Source: Gammaproteobacteria bacterium
GTDB taxonomy: Bacteria; Pseudomonadota; Gammaproteobacteria; UBA4575
NCBI GenBank assembly: GCA_965243395.1
Contig: CBDEUS010000002.1
Location: forward strand, 704,001-768,000
Reading direction: 5' to 3'
Length of the DNA stretch: 64,000 bases
The translations under genes and the position numbers were made by a program. The notes beneath the pieces were generated by a model. That model made no database searches. It saw only the letters and a list, made by a program, of their open reading frames with translations, and was not told where the DNA came from. Below are positions 37,524 to 49,311 of this stretch, piece after piece. The first letter of the stretch is position 1, and every line of letters begins with the position of its first letter.

Positions 37524-38023
37524 TTAAGCCAACCAATGTGTAGATCCTAATAAAACCCATCCTGGATAGGGTTAAATGTAATCTACACTTGCTTAATAAA
37601 ACATATTTTAGTGTAGGTTAAAGTATCTACACTTCTGTTTAATGAAGATTAAGAGGAATGTATTTCCCGATATATGGTGGCCAGGCGTACGGCTATATTT
37701 GAAGAAATTTATATATCAGTACTCATTATGTTTGGCTAAACTACATAAGCCTAGTAATTCATTGATTTGAAGAAAATGTTTTAGATGATTATAAAAAAAA
37801 CACTATAGAGGCTACCAATAAGCAAGCAATGACACATATGCCTTGGATAATATATGGCATGAAATGATAGATTCGATCTGCATTCGGATTTAAGCTGATC
37901 ATGATAAAGTTTCCAGTGGTTAATGAAGCAAAACTATGTAAATAGTATTGCATTAATATGAGTAATTATCGAGCCACATAAATTAACGGCGTAAGATTTT
38001 AGACCAACGTTTATATTAATTAC

Positions 38024-38989
38024 ATGATAAAGCATGCAGCACTGATTCTGGTATGGGGGATAAATATCTTAATGCTGCGATATTTTTTTGACATATCTGA
38101 AAAGCTTAGCTTATTTATTTTTATTGCGGGCTTGATGGTATGGGCAAGATACAGGTCTCGTGCCTTTACTAAAACTGTTCCTCTTTTAATGCTTGTTGTT
38201 ATGTTAATTTATTTATCAACTATTCAAGCAAGTAATGATCGCGTTTGGTTGGATGAGGTTTCTAAATTGCCAAGCATTCAAGTCGAAAATAACCAGGTGA
38301 CAATTGAAAACTTTCGTGATTTCACATGGCAAGGTATTGATGACAGTAACTTAAACTGGGTGAATAGAACATATGACTTAAATAAACTACAACGGCTTTA
38401 TTTATATGTAGTGCCATTCCACGATTCTCAATACATGGCACATACTATGCTCGGGTTTGACTTCAATGATCAAGGTACTTTGATAGTTTCAGTTGAAACA
38501 CGTAAAGAGAAAGGAGAAGACTATAGCTTGATAGCAGGCGCATTACGTCAGCTTGAACTAATATATGTTTTTGGAAGTGAGCAAGATTTATTAACGTTAA
38601 GAGCCATACATAGAGGGGCAAAAATACATCTTTATCCTATTAAAGCGGATACTGAGTTTATGGTTGCTTTATTTAAAGATCTGGCACAGTCTGCTAATGA
38701 TTTGCAGTTAAAACCAAGGTTCTATCGCACCTTACGTGATAATTGTACGACTACATTAGTAAAGCATATTGATCGACATTATGAAAAGAAAATTGGTTTG
38801 CGAATAGAAACTATTTTCCCCGCAAAAGCAGGTGAATTGCTATATGAGCTTGATCGAATGGATACACAGTTGCTTTACACTCAAGCGCATGAGGTTTCCA
38901 GGATTGACCACTTGGTTAAACAATATGCAAATGAAAAAAACTTTACTTTTTTATTGCATGAAAATGCTGGCTTAATCTCTGGTGACTAG
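38024..38989 (+). CDS. DUF4105 (Lnb N-terminal-like) membrane protein
   Basis: AHTMLGFDF, VSVETRKEKGE and FYRTLRDNCTT. Confidence 0.85.
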   Translation: MIKHAALILVWGINILMLRYFFDISEKLSLFIFIAGLMVWARYRSRAFTKTVPLLMLVVMLIYLSTIQASNDRVWLDEVSKLPSIQVENNQVTIENFRDFTWQGIDDSNLNWVNRTYDLNKLQRLYLYVVPFHDSQYMAHTMLGFDFNDQGTLIVSVETRKEKGEDYSLIAGALRQLELIYVFGSEQDLLTLRAIHRGAKIHLYPIKADTEFMVALFKDLAQSANDLQLKPRFYRTLRDNCTTTLVKHIDRHYEKKIGLRIETIFPAKAGELLYELDRMDTQLLYTQAHEVSRIDHLVKQYANEKNFTFLLHENAGLISGD

Positions 38990-39078
38990 ATGATTATGTA
39001 TAGGAGTATAACTTCTTGATGATATAATCTTAAAAGCTAACACTTATATAATGATAAAAATTACAATCATAAACCATC

Positions 39079-40239
39079 ATGAAAAAAATAGTTATTGCTC
39101 CTGATTCTTTTAAAGGAAATCTTACTTCATTAGAGGTTGCGACCTGCTTAGAGAAAGGCATCAAGCGAGTCCTACCAAAAGCGAAATGCATTAAAGTGCC
39201 AATGGCAGATGGTGGTGAGGGAACGGTGCAATCATTGGTTGATGCAGCTAATGGTAAGTTGATTAAAAAACGTGTTAAAGGACCTGCAGGAAAATTGGTG
39301 ACTGCTCATTATGGTTGGCTTGCTAAGCAAAAAACAGCTGTAATAGAGATGGCAGAAGCATCAGGACTGCCATTAGTGACCGGACGCGAAAAAAATCCTC
39401 TCAAAACTACAACCTATGGCACGGGTCAATTGATACTAGATGCCATTAATAAAGGTGCGAACAAGATTATTATTGGCATAGGTGGTTCAGCTACTAATGA
39501 TGGTGGGAGCGGCATGGCGCAAGCATTAGGAGTTAAATTTTTAAATGCGAGTGGACGAGAAATCAAAGAACTTGGATGTGGAGGTATGCTCGCAAAAATT
39601 GCCAAGATAGATACACAAGCTATCGATCCGCGAGTGGCTAAAACAAAAATCGTAGTTGCTTGTGATGTGGAAAATCCTCTGTGTGGTAAGAAAGGCGCAT
39701 CTCATGTTTTTGGTCCTCAAAAAGGCGCGACACCCAAAATGGTTGAGCAGTTAGATCAGAATTTGAATCATTTTGGTAAATTAATGAAGCGGGATTTGAA
39801 AAAAGACGTAGCACGTAAACCTGGTTCGGGAGCTGCAGGAGGATTAGGGGCAGGACTGTTAGCCTTTGCCAATGCAAAGCTTGAAAGCGGAATTGACATT
39901 GTTTTAGATGCAACAAATCTTGCAAAATATATTAAAGGCGCAGATCTGGTGTTAACGGGAGAAGGGCGTGTAGATTTTCAGACTGCATTTGGGAAAACAC
40001 CTTCAGGTGTGGCTAAAGCCGCGAAAAAATGTAAAGTTCCCGTTATTGCTATTGGGGGAGCATTGTCAGATGACGCGCGACAAGTTTTTGCACATGGTAT
40101 CGATGGAATTGAAAGTGCCGCTGCAAAAGATATGAGTTTAGAAGAAGCAATCAAAAATTCTAAACAGGATCTTGCCAATGCTGCTGAACGTGTAGTTCGA
40201 ATGATTCTTATTGGTAAAAAGATGGCAGTAAAAAAATAA
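39079..40239 (+). CDS. glxK: Glycerate kinase (GlxK/GarK type)
   Basis: IAPDSFKG, MADGGEGT, GGSATNDGG, FGPQKGA, GAAGG and TGEG...GKTP. Confidence 0.93.
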   Translation: MKKIVIAPDSFKGNLTSLEVATCLEKGIKRVLPKAKCIKVPMADGGEGTVQSLVDAANGKLIKKRVKGPAGKLVTAHYGWLAKQKTAVIEMAEASGLPLVTGREKNPLKTTTYGTGQLILDAINKGANKIIIGIGGSATNDGGSGMAQALGVKFLNASGREIKELGCGGMLAKIAKIDTQAIDPRVAKTKIVVACDVENPLCGKKGASHVFGPQKGATPKMVEQLDQNLNHFGKLMKRDLKKDVARKPGSGAAGGLGAGLLAFANAKLESGIDIVLDATNLAKYIKGADLVLTGEGRVDFQTAFGKTPSGVAKAAKKCKVPVIAIGGALSDDARQVFAHGIDGIESAAAKDMSLEEAIKNSKQDLANAAERVVRMILIGKKMAVKK

Positions 40240-40254
40240 GGATACAATCGTAAT

Positions 40255-40632
40255 TTATTGCTCAACTTGACTTAATTTAAGTTCTTCAAAAGCATCCTTG
40301 GGCAAACCACGAGTTTTAATAAACTGTTCTTTAAATTCATTTTTTGCTTGTGCTAAATGTCGAACGCACTTTGCAGGCTGATTTTTACTATGTATTTCTT
40401 CACAACCTACTAAGGGGGTGTATTGTTTTAAGAATGCATTTTCAAAATCAGCAACTAATTTTTGTTTAAGTGCTTGATCTTGAAGATCTTGTGTTTCACT
40501 AGCTGCTTTTTCAGTTACAGAAGACTTTGTGGCTTCTCCTGAATGTTGGCTTTGCGTATTCAGATATAAACCAAACGTGATTGCTATGATGACAATGGTC
40601 AAGGGTAGTATTTTTTTAGCTGTTTGGTTCAT
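40255..40632 (-). CDS. Membrane-anchored hypothetical protein
   Basis: N-terminal TM and one Cys pair (CEE...KCV); 125 aa. Confidence 0.65.
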   Translation of the reverse strand: MNQTAKKILPLTIVIIAITFGLYLNTQSQHSGEATKSSVTEKAASETQDLQDQALKQKLVADFENAFLKQYTPLVGCEEIHSKNQPAKCVRHLAQAKNEFKEQFIKTRGLPKDAFEELKLSQVEQ

Positions 40633-40751
40633 GATTTAGATCATGCAACATAAAAACAGGCCGAGATTATAGCACCCGATAAATGGATTAACTAAGCGCA
40701 GGGACTGTAGGCCAGTAAACTTAAAATAGAATTAGGGCTGGATTAACTCAG

Positions 40752-40922
40752 CTAGTCATCAATGCTTTTATCAGTCATTGTTAGCCATGCTTTAAATCTG
40801 GCACGTTCGATAAACTCTATATCGAGGTTACTGTTACCTCTACGATCTGGATTTTTTCTGCGATCTTCACCTTTAAATTGTCGACGATCGCTACCGGATC
40901 TTCGTTCTTGAAAATGAGCCAT
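40752..40922 (-). CDS. Unannotated 56-aa Arg-rich (D/E)RR-repeat protein, candidate c-di-GMP binder
   Basis: MAHFQERRSGSDRRQFKGEDRRKNPDRRGNSNLDIEFIERARFKAWLTMTDKSIDD*. GAGGAG lies 5 nt upstream of the ATG. Confidence 0.8.
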   Translation of the reverse strand: MAHFQERRSGSDRRQFKGEDRRKNPDRRGNSNLDIEFIERARFKAWLTMTDKSIDD

Positions 40923-41101
40923 GCTCTCTCCTCTAATTGAGCGTGCTTAGGGTTCATCAAATATCGAAAAAGGTAAAGACAAGGGAAAATAAACGGTTGA
41001 AAAAAGCAGACGAACGGGTAATGTTTTTTTATCAAATAACACTGCAAACTAATAATTAAATATTTGTTGATGCAGATTGACTTCGCTGAGAATTTTTCAG
41101 A

Positions 41102-41302
41102 ATGAATAGAACCATAATATATATTGGCATCCTAATCGTTTTAATTGGTGTGCTTTGGCCAGTCATTTCGAAACTGCCATTGGGGAAGTTACCGGGAGAT
41201 ATTGTGGTTAAAAGAGAGGGATTTCATTTTTATTTCCCAATCACCACTATGATTTTGATTAGTCTGCTGATCTCTTTGATTCTCTGGCTATTTAGGAAAT
41301 AA
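41102..41302 (+). CDS. DUF2905 family small membrane protein
   Basis: LGKLPGDIVV...FYFPITTMILIS. Confidence 0.9.
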   Translation: MNRTIIYIGILIVLIGVLWPVISKLPLGKLPGDIVVKREGFHFYFPITTMILISLLISLILWLFRK

Positions 41303-41351
41303 GTAGGTAACTCAAATTTAAAATAGAGTTAACTTAGGCGAAGCTATTAAT

Positions 41352-42836
41352 TTATTGGCCGCGGCTGCTAGGTAAAACAGGTGTAGGTAATTGACTTTTT
41401 CCCATTAAATAAGTGTCTACCGCATGGGCGGCAGAACGGCCTTCGGCAATAGCCCAAACAATCAAACTTTGTCCGCGTTGCATGTCACCTGCAGTGAAAA
41501 CACCATCAACACTGGTCATCCAGTTCTGATCACATTTCACATTACCTCGATCATCTAATTCAACTCCCAACTGTTCTATCATGCCTGGTTTTTCTGGGCC
41601 TAAAAATCCCATGGCTAATAAAACTAAATCACAAGGCAAGGTTTCATTACTATCCGGCACTTCTTCTAATACTAAACGTCCACCGTTTACGTTAGCACGG
41701 CCATCTGCATTAACCATTTTTACTCTAACAAGTTCCAAACCTTTTACATTTCCATTGTCATCACCAACAAAACGTTTAGTAGAGATAGAATATAGCCGCT
41801 CTACACCTTCTTCATGTGCCGAAGCAGTACGGAATATGCGAGGCCATTCGGGCCATGGATTATTTTCTGCACGAGCTTCGGGAGGCTTGGGCATGATTTC
41901 AAGTTGATGAACAGAAAGAGCACCTTGACGATTGGCCGTACCCAAACAATCAGCACCCGTATCACCACCACCAATAATAATGACATGTTTGCCTTCTGCG
42001 CTGATAAAGTTCTCTGGTTTAGTGTCACCTTCACATAGTTTATTTTGCATGGGTAGATATTCCATCGCTTGATGAATACCATTTAATTCTCGACCTTCAA
42101 CTGGTAAATCCCGAGCTGCACAAGCCCCACCTGTAAGGATAAGCGCATCAAAATCACTTCTTAATTCATCGACAGAAAGATTTACACCAACATCCATATT
42201 GGTTTTAAATGTTACGCCTTCCGCAATCATTTGTTCCATGCGGCGATCGATTACGCGTTTTTCCATCTTAAATTCTGGGATGCCATAACGTAACAAACCA
42301 CCAATACGATCCGCGCGTTCAAAAACAGTAACATCATGACCCGCGCGTGCAAGCTGTTGTGCAGCCGCTAAACCTGCGGGGCCCGAACCTACAATGGCAA
42401 TTTTTTTACCCGTTGTCTTTTCTGCAATTTGAGGTGTTACCCAGCCATTTTCAAATGCTTTATCAATGATGGTGAGTTCAACGCCTTTAATGGTTACGGG
42501 GTCGTCATTAATACCTAGTACACAAGAACCTTCGCATGGAGCAGGACACAAGGTTCCCGTAAATTCCGGAAAATTATTGGTTGCATGTAAACGTTTGATT
42601 GCATCTTGCCACTGATCGCGATACACAAGATCGTTCCAATCAGGAATTAAATTACCAAGAGGGCAACCCTGATGACAAAACGGAATACCACAATCCATAC
42701 AGCGTGCGGCCTGTTCTTTTAGGGGATCCACTTGCCATGGAGCCATGACCTGGTTCCAGTCTTTAATACGTTCTTCAACCGGGCGATAGGGTTGCTTGAC
42801 CCGGCCGTATTCCATAAATCCTGTAATTTTAGCCAT
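41352..42836 (-). CDS. gltD: Glutamate synthase small subunit
   Basis: [31 protein letters not shown] and [14 protein letters not shown]. Start MAKITGF at 42836. Confidence 0.97.
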   Translation of the reverse strand: MAKITGFMEYGRVKQPYRPVEERIKDWNQVMAPWQVDPLKEQAARCMDCGIPFCHQGCPLGNLIPDWNDLVYRDQWQDAIKRLHATNNFPEFTGTLCPAPCEGSCVLGINDDPVTIKGVELTIIDKAFENGWVTPQIAEKTTGKKIAIVGSGPAGLAAAQQLARAGHDVTVFERADRIGGLLRYGIPEFKMEKRVIDRRMEQMIAEGVTFKTNMDVGVNLSVDELRSDFDALILTGGACAARDLPVEGRELNGIHQAMEYLPMQNKLCEGDTKPENFISAEGKHVIIIGGGDTGADCLGTANRQGALSVHQLEIMPKPPEARAENNPWPEWPRIFRTASAHEEGVERLYSISTKRFVGDDNGNVKGLELVRVKMVNADGRANVNGGRLVLEEVPDSNETLPCDLVLLAMGFLGPEKPGMIEQLGVELDDRGNVKCDQNWMTSVDGVFTAGDMQRGQSLIVWAIAEGRSAAHAVDTYLMGKSQLPTPVLPSSRGQ

Positions 42837-45800
42837 GCGCCGCTTCCATAACTGCTTCATCTACTGAAGTGCCTTCTGCTTCAGCTTTTTTAATTGCTGC
42901 GAGTACACGTTTGTAATCTTTAGGCATGATTTTGACAAATCTTGATTGGTAATCTGTCCAATGATCCAATATATTTTTCGCGACGGTGCTTTTTGTATAC
43001 TCAGCGTGTTTAGTAAGCAATGATTTAACTTCTGCTATATCTTCAGCATCCATATCGTCTAGATCGACCATATCTTGGTTGCAAAGTATTTGGAATTTTT
43101 CTTTTTCAGCAAGTACATATGCAATACCGCCAGACATCCCCGCTGCGAAATTTCTTCCTGTAGGCCCAATCACAACTACGCGACCCCCTGTCATGTATTC
43201 GCAACCGTGATCGCCTACACCTTCAACTACCGTACTGACACCACTATTACGCACACAGAAGCGTTCACCTGCGATACCACGGATATATGCTTCGCCTGAA
43301 GTTGCACCATATAACAACACATTGCCGACAATAATATTTTTTTCTGCCACAAAGGTAGAACTACGCGGTGGATAAACAATTATTTTACCGCCGGATAATC
43401 CCTTGCCTAAATAATCATTTGCATCGCCCTCTAAAGTTAACGTTACACCTCTGGGAACAAATGCGCCGAAACTCATTCCGGCAGAACCATTAAAATGCAC
43501 ATTAATTGTGTCTTCTGGCAAACCTTCAGCACCATAACGTTTAGTAATATGATGCCCAAGAATGGTGCCTACTGTGCGATTAATATTTTGTATCGGTAGT
43601 ATGATATCTACAGGTTTTTGGTTTTCTAACGCGTCTTTACATAAAGGCACTAAAGTTGTGACATCCAATGATTTGTCCAAACTGTGATCTTGCTCAGTAG
43701 TGCAATGCCAATCAGTATTCATTGGATTTTCAGGTTTATACAAAATATTAGAAAAATCCAAGCCACGTGCTTTCCAGTGATCGATAGCTTGTGTCACATC
43801 TAATCGTTCGACTTGGCCAATCATTTCGTCTACCGTTCTAAATCCCAATTGCGCCATGTATTCGCGCACTTCTTCGGCTACAAATTTAAAGAAGTTCTCA
43901 ACAAATTCAGGTTGTCCGTTGAATTTTTTAGTCAGTTCAGGATTTTGTGTCGCAACTCCTACAGGGCATGTATTTAAGTGACATACACGCATCATGATAC
44001 AGCCCATTACTACTAATGGTGCGGTAGAGAAACCGAATTCTTCTGCGCCTAGTAATGCGGCTACTACGACATCACGACCGGTTTTTAATTGTCCGTCCGT
44101 TTGCACCACGATGCGATCACGCAAACCGTTTGCCATCAATACTTGCTGAGTTTCTGCCAGACCTAACTCCCAAGGTAAGCCCGCATGTTTTAATGAACTC
44201 ATCGGGGAAGCGCCTGTGCCGCCGTCATAGCCTGAAATTAAAACTACATCTGAGTGTGCTTTAGCAACACCTGCGGCAACGGTACCTACACCCACTTCAG
44301 CAACCAGTTTTACGTGGATGCGTGCAGCTGGATTTGAATTTTTTAAGTCATGAATCAGTTGTGCCAAATCTTCAATGGAGTAAATGTCGTGATGTGGCGG
44401 AGGTGAAATTAAACCTACTCCTGGTGTAGAACCACGTACTTTTGCAATCCATGGATATACTTTTGTACCGGGTAACTGCCCACCTTCGCCGGGTTTTGCG
44501 CCTTGGGCCATTTTGATTTGAATATCATCTGCATTTACTAAATATTCACTGGTAACGCCAAATCGACCTGAAGCAACTTGTTTAATTGCGCTTCTGCGCA
44601 GGTCGCCATTTACATCTGGTGTATAACGATCAGGGTCTTCTCCGCCTTCGCCAGTATTGGATTTACCACCAATGCGGTTCATGGCAATGGCTAAAGTTTC
44701 ATGCGCTTGTTTACTAATAGAACCGTATGACATGGCCCCAGTTGAAAAACGCTTCATGATGTTTTCAATTGGTTCGACTTCTTCTAAAGGAATAGCCTGT
44801 GAAGCATTTTTGAATTTGAATAATCCGCGTAAGGTCGCCAGATTTTCGTTTTGGTTATCAACTTTGTCTGTATATTCTTTAAAAATATTAAACTGACCCG
44901 AACGTGTTGAATGCTGTAATTTGAAAACAGTTTCAGGATTAAATAAGTGATACTCGCCATCACGACGCCACTGATATTCGCCTCCCCAGTCTAGATCCGG
45001 TCGCTTCGCAGGACGATCCGGAAACGCATTGTGATGTCGAATACTCATTTCACGCGCTACTTCTTCTAATCCAATGCCACCTATACGAGATGCAGTCCAT
45101 GTGAAATATTGATCGACAAATTCTTTATTCAAACCAATTGCTTCAAAAATTTGTGCCCCGCGGTAAGACTGCACTGTTGAAATGCCCATCTTGGACATCG
45201 TCTTAATCAAACCTTTATTAACCGCTTTAATAAAGTTTTTCACTGCCAATTCATGTTGCATCTTAGGCAAGTGCCCTTTACCGATCATGTCACCTAATGA
45301 CTCAAATGCGAGATAAGGATTTACGGCATTCACGCCATAACCAATTAATACCGCAAAATGATGTACTTCACGTGGTTCTCCAGATTCAAGAACCAACCCT
45401 GCCTTCGTACGTGAACCTGTGCGTATCATGTGATGATGTACACCGGCAACGGCAAGTAGTGCTGGCATTGCAGCTAATTCAGATGTAATCCCGCGATCAG
45501 TAAGAATGATGTTGGTGTATCCCTCTTCAAGAGCCGTATCTACATCAGTGCATATTTTTTTCAATGCTTGATCTAGACCTGCGCTACCCTCTGCAACCGC
45601 ATACAAAATCGGGATGGTTTTCGTTTTTAAACCAGGTAAATTTACATCTCGGATACGCGCCAACTCATCATTTGTGAGCACGGGTGAAGGTATTTTAATT
45701 TGTCTGCAACTTTCTGGTGTTGGGTTGAGTAAATCTTTTTCTGGCCCAACGGTCGTCGCTACTTGGGTGACAAGTTCTTCGCGAATGCCGTCTAACGGTG

Positions 45801-47391
45801 GATTAGTGACTTGTGCGAAAAGTTGTTTAAAGTAGTCATACAATAAACGTGAACGATTAGATAGCACGGCAAGGGCAGCATCGGTGCCCATTGATCCAGT
45901 AGGTTCGAGACCATTTGCAGCCATTGGTGCCATGAGTACACGTAAATCCTCATGTGTGTAACCAAAAGCTTGCTGGCGTTGTAGCAATGTATCTTTGTCT
46001 GAACCGTGAATTTGTTTCGCGTTTGGTAAGTTTTCTAAATGAACTAAATTATTTTTTAACCATTCTGTGTAAGGATGTTCTTCAACAAATTCTTTTTTGA
46101 TTTCTTCATCGTCAATAATGCGTCCTTGTTTAGTATCGACCATGAAAATACGGCCAGGATGCAATCGTTCTTTGACTAAAATATTTTCAGGCGGAATTTC
46201 CAATACACCCACTTCCGATGCCATCACTACCATGTCATCTTTGGTTACATAATAACGAGAAGGGCGTAAACCGTTACGATCTAATACTGCGCCGATGACT
46301 TCTCCATCAGTAAAAGCAATAGAAGCAGGGCCATCCCATGGCTCCATTAAGCAGGCATGGTATTCGTAAAACGCTTTGCGAGCAGCGTCCATGGTTTCAT
46401 GTCCACTCCAGGCTTCTGGAATCATCATCAATACCGCATGTGCGAGTGGACGACCACTCATGTGTAAAAATTCCATCGCGTTATCGAATGTAGCCGAATC
46501 ACTGCCACCTTCTATTACGATAGGGAAAAGTTTTTCTAGATCATCGCCAAATAATTCAGAACTGCATAATGATTCACGTGCATGCATCCAATTAGTGTTG
46601 CCGCGCACAGTGTTAATTTCACCATTATGAGCAACGTAACGAAATGGTTGTGCCAGTTCCCACGCTGGGAACGTATTGGTAGAGAAACGTTGATGAACTA
46701 ATGCGAGTGCAGATTCGAAATCAGGATCTGATATATCCGGAAACATCGGTTCAAATTGGGAGCCGGTAAGCATACCTTTGTACAAACACGTGCGATAAGA
46801 AAGTGAAGGAACATAAAAATGTTCACGCTCGGACAAATTGAAATTTCCTGCGATCGTATGTTCAATTCGTTTACGGATTACATATAGTTTGCGCTCAAAA
46901 GCGAATTCATCTTTGCAATCTGTACCGCGACCTATAAAAATTTGTTTAAAACTTGGTTCACCTGCTTTCGCCATAGAACCTAATGAAGATGAATCAATCG
47001 GAACATCGCGCCAACCTAAAACATCTTGACCCTCTTCTTTTACTATTTTGTTGAACTCATCAATACAATGTCGTTGTTGAGTAGCGTCATTTGGTAAAAA
47101 CACCATACCCGCGCCGTATTGGCCGTATTCAGGTAAATTAATGCCAATTTCTTTGCATACACGAATAAAAAATTTATGGGGTAATTGAGTAAGTAAGCCA
47201 ACACCATCACCGGTATTTTCTTCGCAACCACAAGCACCGCGGTGAATGAGATTCTTAAGAACAGTGACAGCATTTTGGACAATTTTGTGAGATTTGCGCC
47301 CTTTTATATCCACAACGAAACCAACACCGCATGCATCGTGCTCATATGCAGGGTCATATAGTCCATGTTGGGGTGGCTTGGTAATGCTCAT
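42829..47391 (-). CDS. gltB: Glutamate synthase large subunit
   Basis: [45 protein letters not shown] and GXGXG domain. Confidence 0.98.
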   Translation of the reverse strand: MSITKPPQHGLYDPAYEHDACGVGFVVDIKGRKSHKIVQNAVTVLKNLIHRGACGCEENTGDGVGLLTQLPHKFFIRVCKEIGINLPEYGQYGAGMVFLPNDATQQRHCIDEFNKIVKEEGQDVLGWRDVPIDSSSLGSMAKAGEPSFKQIFIGRGTDCKDEFAFERKLYVIRKRIEHTIAGNFNLSEREHFYVPSLSYRTCLYKGMLTGSQFEPMFPDISDPDFESALALVHQRFSTNTFPAWELAQPFRYVAHNGEINTVRGNTNWMHARESLCSSELFGDDLEKLFPIVIEGGSDSATFDNAMEFLHMSGRPLAHAVLMMIPEAWSGHETMDAARKAFYEYHACLMEPWDGPASIAFTDGEVIGAVLDRNGLRPSRYYVTKDDMVVMASEVGVLEIPPENILVKERLHPGRIFMVDTKQGRIIDDEEIKKEFVEEHPYTEWLKNNLVHLENLPNAKQIHGSDKDTLLQRQQAFGYTHEDLRVLMAPMAANGLEPTGSMGTDAALAVLSNRSRLLYDYFKQLFAQVTNPPLDGIREELVTQVATTVGPEKDLLNPTPESCRQIKIPSPVLTNDELARIRDVNLPGLKTKTIPILYAVAEGSAGLDQALKKICTDVDTALEEGYTNIILTDRGITSELAAMPALLAVAGVHHHMIRTGSRTKAGLVLESGEPREVHHFAVLIGYGVNAVNPYLAFESLGDMIGKGHLPKMQHELAVKNFIKAVNKGLIKTMSKMGISTVQSYRGAQIFEAIGLNKEFVDQYFTWTASRIGGIGLEEVAREMSIRHHNAFPDRPAKRPDLDWGGEYQWRRDGEYHLFNPETVFKLQHSTRSGQFNIFKEYTDKVDNQNENLATLRGLFKFKNASQAIPLEEVEPIENIMKRFSTGAMSYGSISKQAHETLAIAMNRIGGKSNTGEGGEDPDRYTPDVNGDLRRSAIKQVASGRFGVTSEYLVNADDIQIKMAQGAKPGEGGQLPGTKVYPWIAKVRGSTPGVGLISPPPHHDIYSIEDLAQLIHDLKNSNPAARIHVKLVAEVGVGTVAAGVAKAHSDVVLISGYDGGTGASPMSSLKHAGLPWELGLAETQQVLMANGLRDRIVVQTDGQLKTGRDVVVAALLGAEEFGFSTAPLVVMGCIMMRVCHLNTCPVGVATQNPELTKKFNGQPEFVENFFKFVAEEVREYMAQLGFRTVDEMIGQVERLDVTQAIDHWKARGLDFSNILYKPENPMNTDWHCTTEQDHSLDKSLDVTTLVPLCKDALENQKPVDIILPIQNINRTVGTILGHHITKRYGAEGLPEDTINVHFNGSAGMSFGAFVPRGVTLTLEGDANDYLGKGLSGGKIIVYPPRSSTFVAEKNIIVGNVLLYGATSGEAYIRGIAGERFCVRNSGVSTVVEGVGDHGCEYMTGGRVVVIGPTGRNFAAGMSGGIAYVLAEKEKFQILCNQDMVDLDDMDAEDIAEVKSLLTKHAEYTKSTVAKNILDHWTDYQSRFVKIMPKDYKRVLAAIKKAEAEGTSVDEAVMEAAHG

Positions 47392-47614
47392 CTCGACTCA
47401 AAAATAGCTAGGTTTTATTCTTATATATTAGTTCTTTTGCGAGTAAATCTATGTACTGCAAAAGAGTGATTTTCAAACGCATTTTCGCGTAATTTCTGAG
47501 CTACAAGCTATATATTTCAAGCAATTAGCTCAGCATGTATTTTACAACCGGCCGCGAATTATAGAAGAGTGCTTAGAATTCTTCTAATAACCATGATAAA
47601 TATATTGTTTAAAT

Positions 47615-47643
47615 GCCCGTATCATTTCCATAATGATACGGGC
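47615..47643. terminator. Perfect 12-bp hairpin, probable terminator of the upstream minus-strand operon
   Basis: gcccgtatcatt-tccat-aatgatacgggc; the U-tail is weak. Confidence 0.55.
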
Positions 47644-47716
47644 GAAGTCAGACATAAAATGCCTAATTTATCGCAACCAAAACGGCGTAACTGGTTTACG
47701 TTAGATTGGTGTAATT

Positions 47717-47905
47717 TTATATATTGGTAAGTACTAATACAGAAACAATCAAAGCAACGGTAGCAGCTTGAAGGGCAATGCGTATCCACATGAAACGTTC
47801 ACCATAAGAATTATCCAGTGCGCCACCTAACCCCATTGATAATAAGCCGAGCCCTAAAGTAGCAACGGTTGCGAGCAATGCTAGGATTATTATTATATTT
47901 AGCAT
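47717..47905 (-). CDS. HIG1-domain / twin-TM small protein
   Basis: Two TM helices with GLLSM..GG and MWIRIALQ. GGAGG RBS before the ATG at 47905. Confidence 0.8.
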   Translation of the reverse strand: MLNIIIILALLATVATLGLGLLSMGLGGALDNSYGERFMWIRIALQAATVALIVSVLVLTNI

Positions 47906-47970
47906 TGAATTTCCTCCGACATGTTGTGAAAAATGATTATGCCACGTGCATTTATCAGGGAACAAATACA

Positions 47971-48435
47971 CTAGTAAACATAGGGTATAAAGCGATAAGT
48001 GTGCTCCTGGTAAGAATGATAATTCGGAAACTTTATATGCAGTAAATTCTCTTCCATATTAGCTTTACTAATTACTGCAACAATCACTAAACCCACGCCC
48101 AAATAATTAATCCAATGCTGATTATAGAGTGCGATGCCAACCATCATGATGACTAGAGAAGTGTACATCGGATGACGCACATATTTATAAGGTCCGGTTG
48201 TAATTAAGTGAGCATTTGATTTTACTTCGGGATAAATGCTGAAGTTTCCAATTTTGTTATAACAAAGAGTGATTATTCCTGAAATAGCCCCAAATAAGCA
48301 CAAAAGTAACCAGTATTTGTTTCCAAGATTTTGCCATGCAACTGGATAGCAACTGAGTACTACACCGCATAATTGAGAAAGTACTAATAAGTGACTGCTA
48401 AATGTGTGTTGACGAAAATTTTTAATCAATATCAA
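47971..48435 (-). CDS. Isoprenylcysteine carboxyl methyltransferase-family membrane protein
   Basis: LITTGPYKYVRHPMY, EE..L...F..Y..Y and RFIP. Confidence 0.88.
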   Translation of the reverse strand: MILIKNFRQHTFSSHLLVLSQLCGVVLSCYPVAWQNLGNKYWLLLCLFGAISGIITLCYNKIGNFSIYPEVKSNAHLITTGPYKYVRHPMYTSLVIMMVGIALYNQHWINYLGVGLVIVAVISKANMEENLLHIKFPNYHSYQEHTYRFIPYVY

Positions 48436-48448
48436 CCAGTAAAAGATG

Positions 48449-49258
48449 TTAGAAAATATTTTCTTGAAGCTGTTGTGAAGCTATTGCATTCATATTATTA
48501 AAGTTAAATAAACGCGTATCTAATAAATGACTGCTTGTGATGTTTTGCATTGAGCGAAAAATATTCGCGACACGGTCTGGTGATTCTTTATCCCACTCGG
48601 CTAACATATTTTTAATACGCTGACGTTCTAGATTTGGTTGTGAGCCACATAAATTGCATGGAATAATTGGAAATTCTTTTCGTTCGGCGTATCTTGCTAT
48701 ATCACTTTCACGACAGTAAACAAGTGGCCTGATAACAATATTTCGTTTATCGTCACTAATTAATTTAGGTGGCATGGTCTTAAGTCGTGAACCATGAAAC
48801 ATATTTATAAACATCGTTTCAACTAAATCATCCATGTGATGACCTAGTGCTATTTTTGTTGCACCTACTTCTTGTGCCGTGTTGTATAAAATTCCTCTTC
48901 TTAAGCGCGAGCATAAAGAACACGTTGTTTTTCCTGGGGCAGTTTTTTCTTTCACAATACTGAAGGTATCTTTTTCGACAATGCGATATTCTATGTTTAA
49001 CGAATCAAGATAATTAGGCAGTATGTGTTCTGGGAAGCCGGGTTGTTTTTGATCAAGGTTCACTACAATCAGTTCGAACTTGATGGGCGCAACCGTTTGT
49101 AACCCCATTAGCATGTCCAATAAAGTATAGGAGTCTTTTCCTCCTGATAGGCACACCATGATTCGGTCACCATCATCTATCATGTGGTAATCAGTAATAG
49201 CTTTGCCTGTCAGTCGTCGTAGCTGTTTTTGTAATTTAATAAATCTTTGTGAAGGCAT
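48449..49258 (-). CDS. ttcA: tRNA 2-thiocytidine(32) synthetase
   Basis: [27 protein letters not shown] and [10 protein letters not shown]. Confidence 0.97.
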   Translation of the reverse strand: MPSQRFIKLQKQLRRLTGKAITDYHMIDDGDRIMVCLSGGKDSYTLLDMLMGLQTVAPIKFELIVVNLDQKQPGFPEHILPNYLDSLNIEYRIVEKDTFSIVKEKTAPGKTTCSLCSRLRRGILYNTAQEVGATKIALGHHMDDLVETMFINMFHGSRLKTMPPKLISDDKRNIVIRPLVYCRESDIARYAERKEFPIIPCNLCGSQPNLERQRIKNMLAEWDKESPDRVANIFRSMQNITSSHLLDTRLFNFNNMNAIASQQLQENIF

Positions 49259-49311
49259 TTCTGTGTAAATTCAAAAGCAGGTTGAGTGATTAAATTAATG
49301 AGTAGTTTATA

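Noticed and set aside
37538-37634. AAGTGTAGAT similarity to the 3' end of Cas12a CRISPR repeats
   Set aside because: Only two 10-mers, no adjacent TTTCTAC stem, no regular repeat-spacer array and no cas genes.
37690-37905. Short minus-strand hydrophobic ORF ending at a T8 tract (possible frameshifted pseudogene)
   Set aside because: No recognisable homology or RBS; such ORFs arise by chance in AT-rich DNA.
40799-40816. TGGCACG as a sigma54 promoter
   Set aside because: No TTGC at the -12 position, and it lies within the small CDS.
40820-41030. Apparent long ncRNA-like (6S-like) pairing on the plus strand
   Set aside because: Better explained by the minus-strand small CDS and its leader; no recognisable 6S sequence features.
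40817-41047. 76-aa minus-strand ORF in the ORF track
   Set aside because: TTG start with no RBS. It overlaps in another frame the 56-aa DRR-repeat ORF, which has a strong GAGGAG RBS, so it is a shadow ORF.
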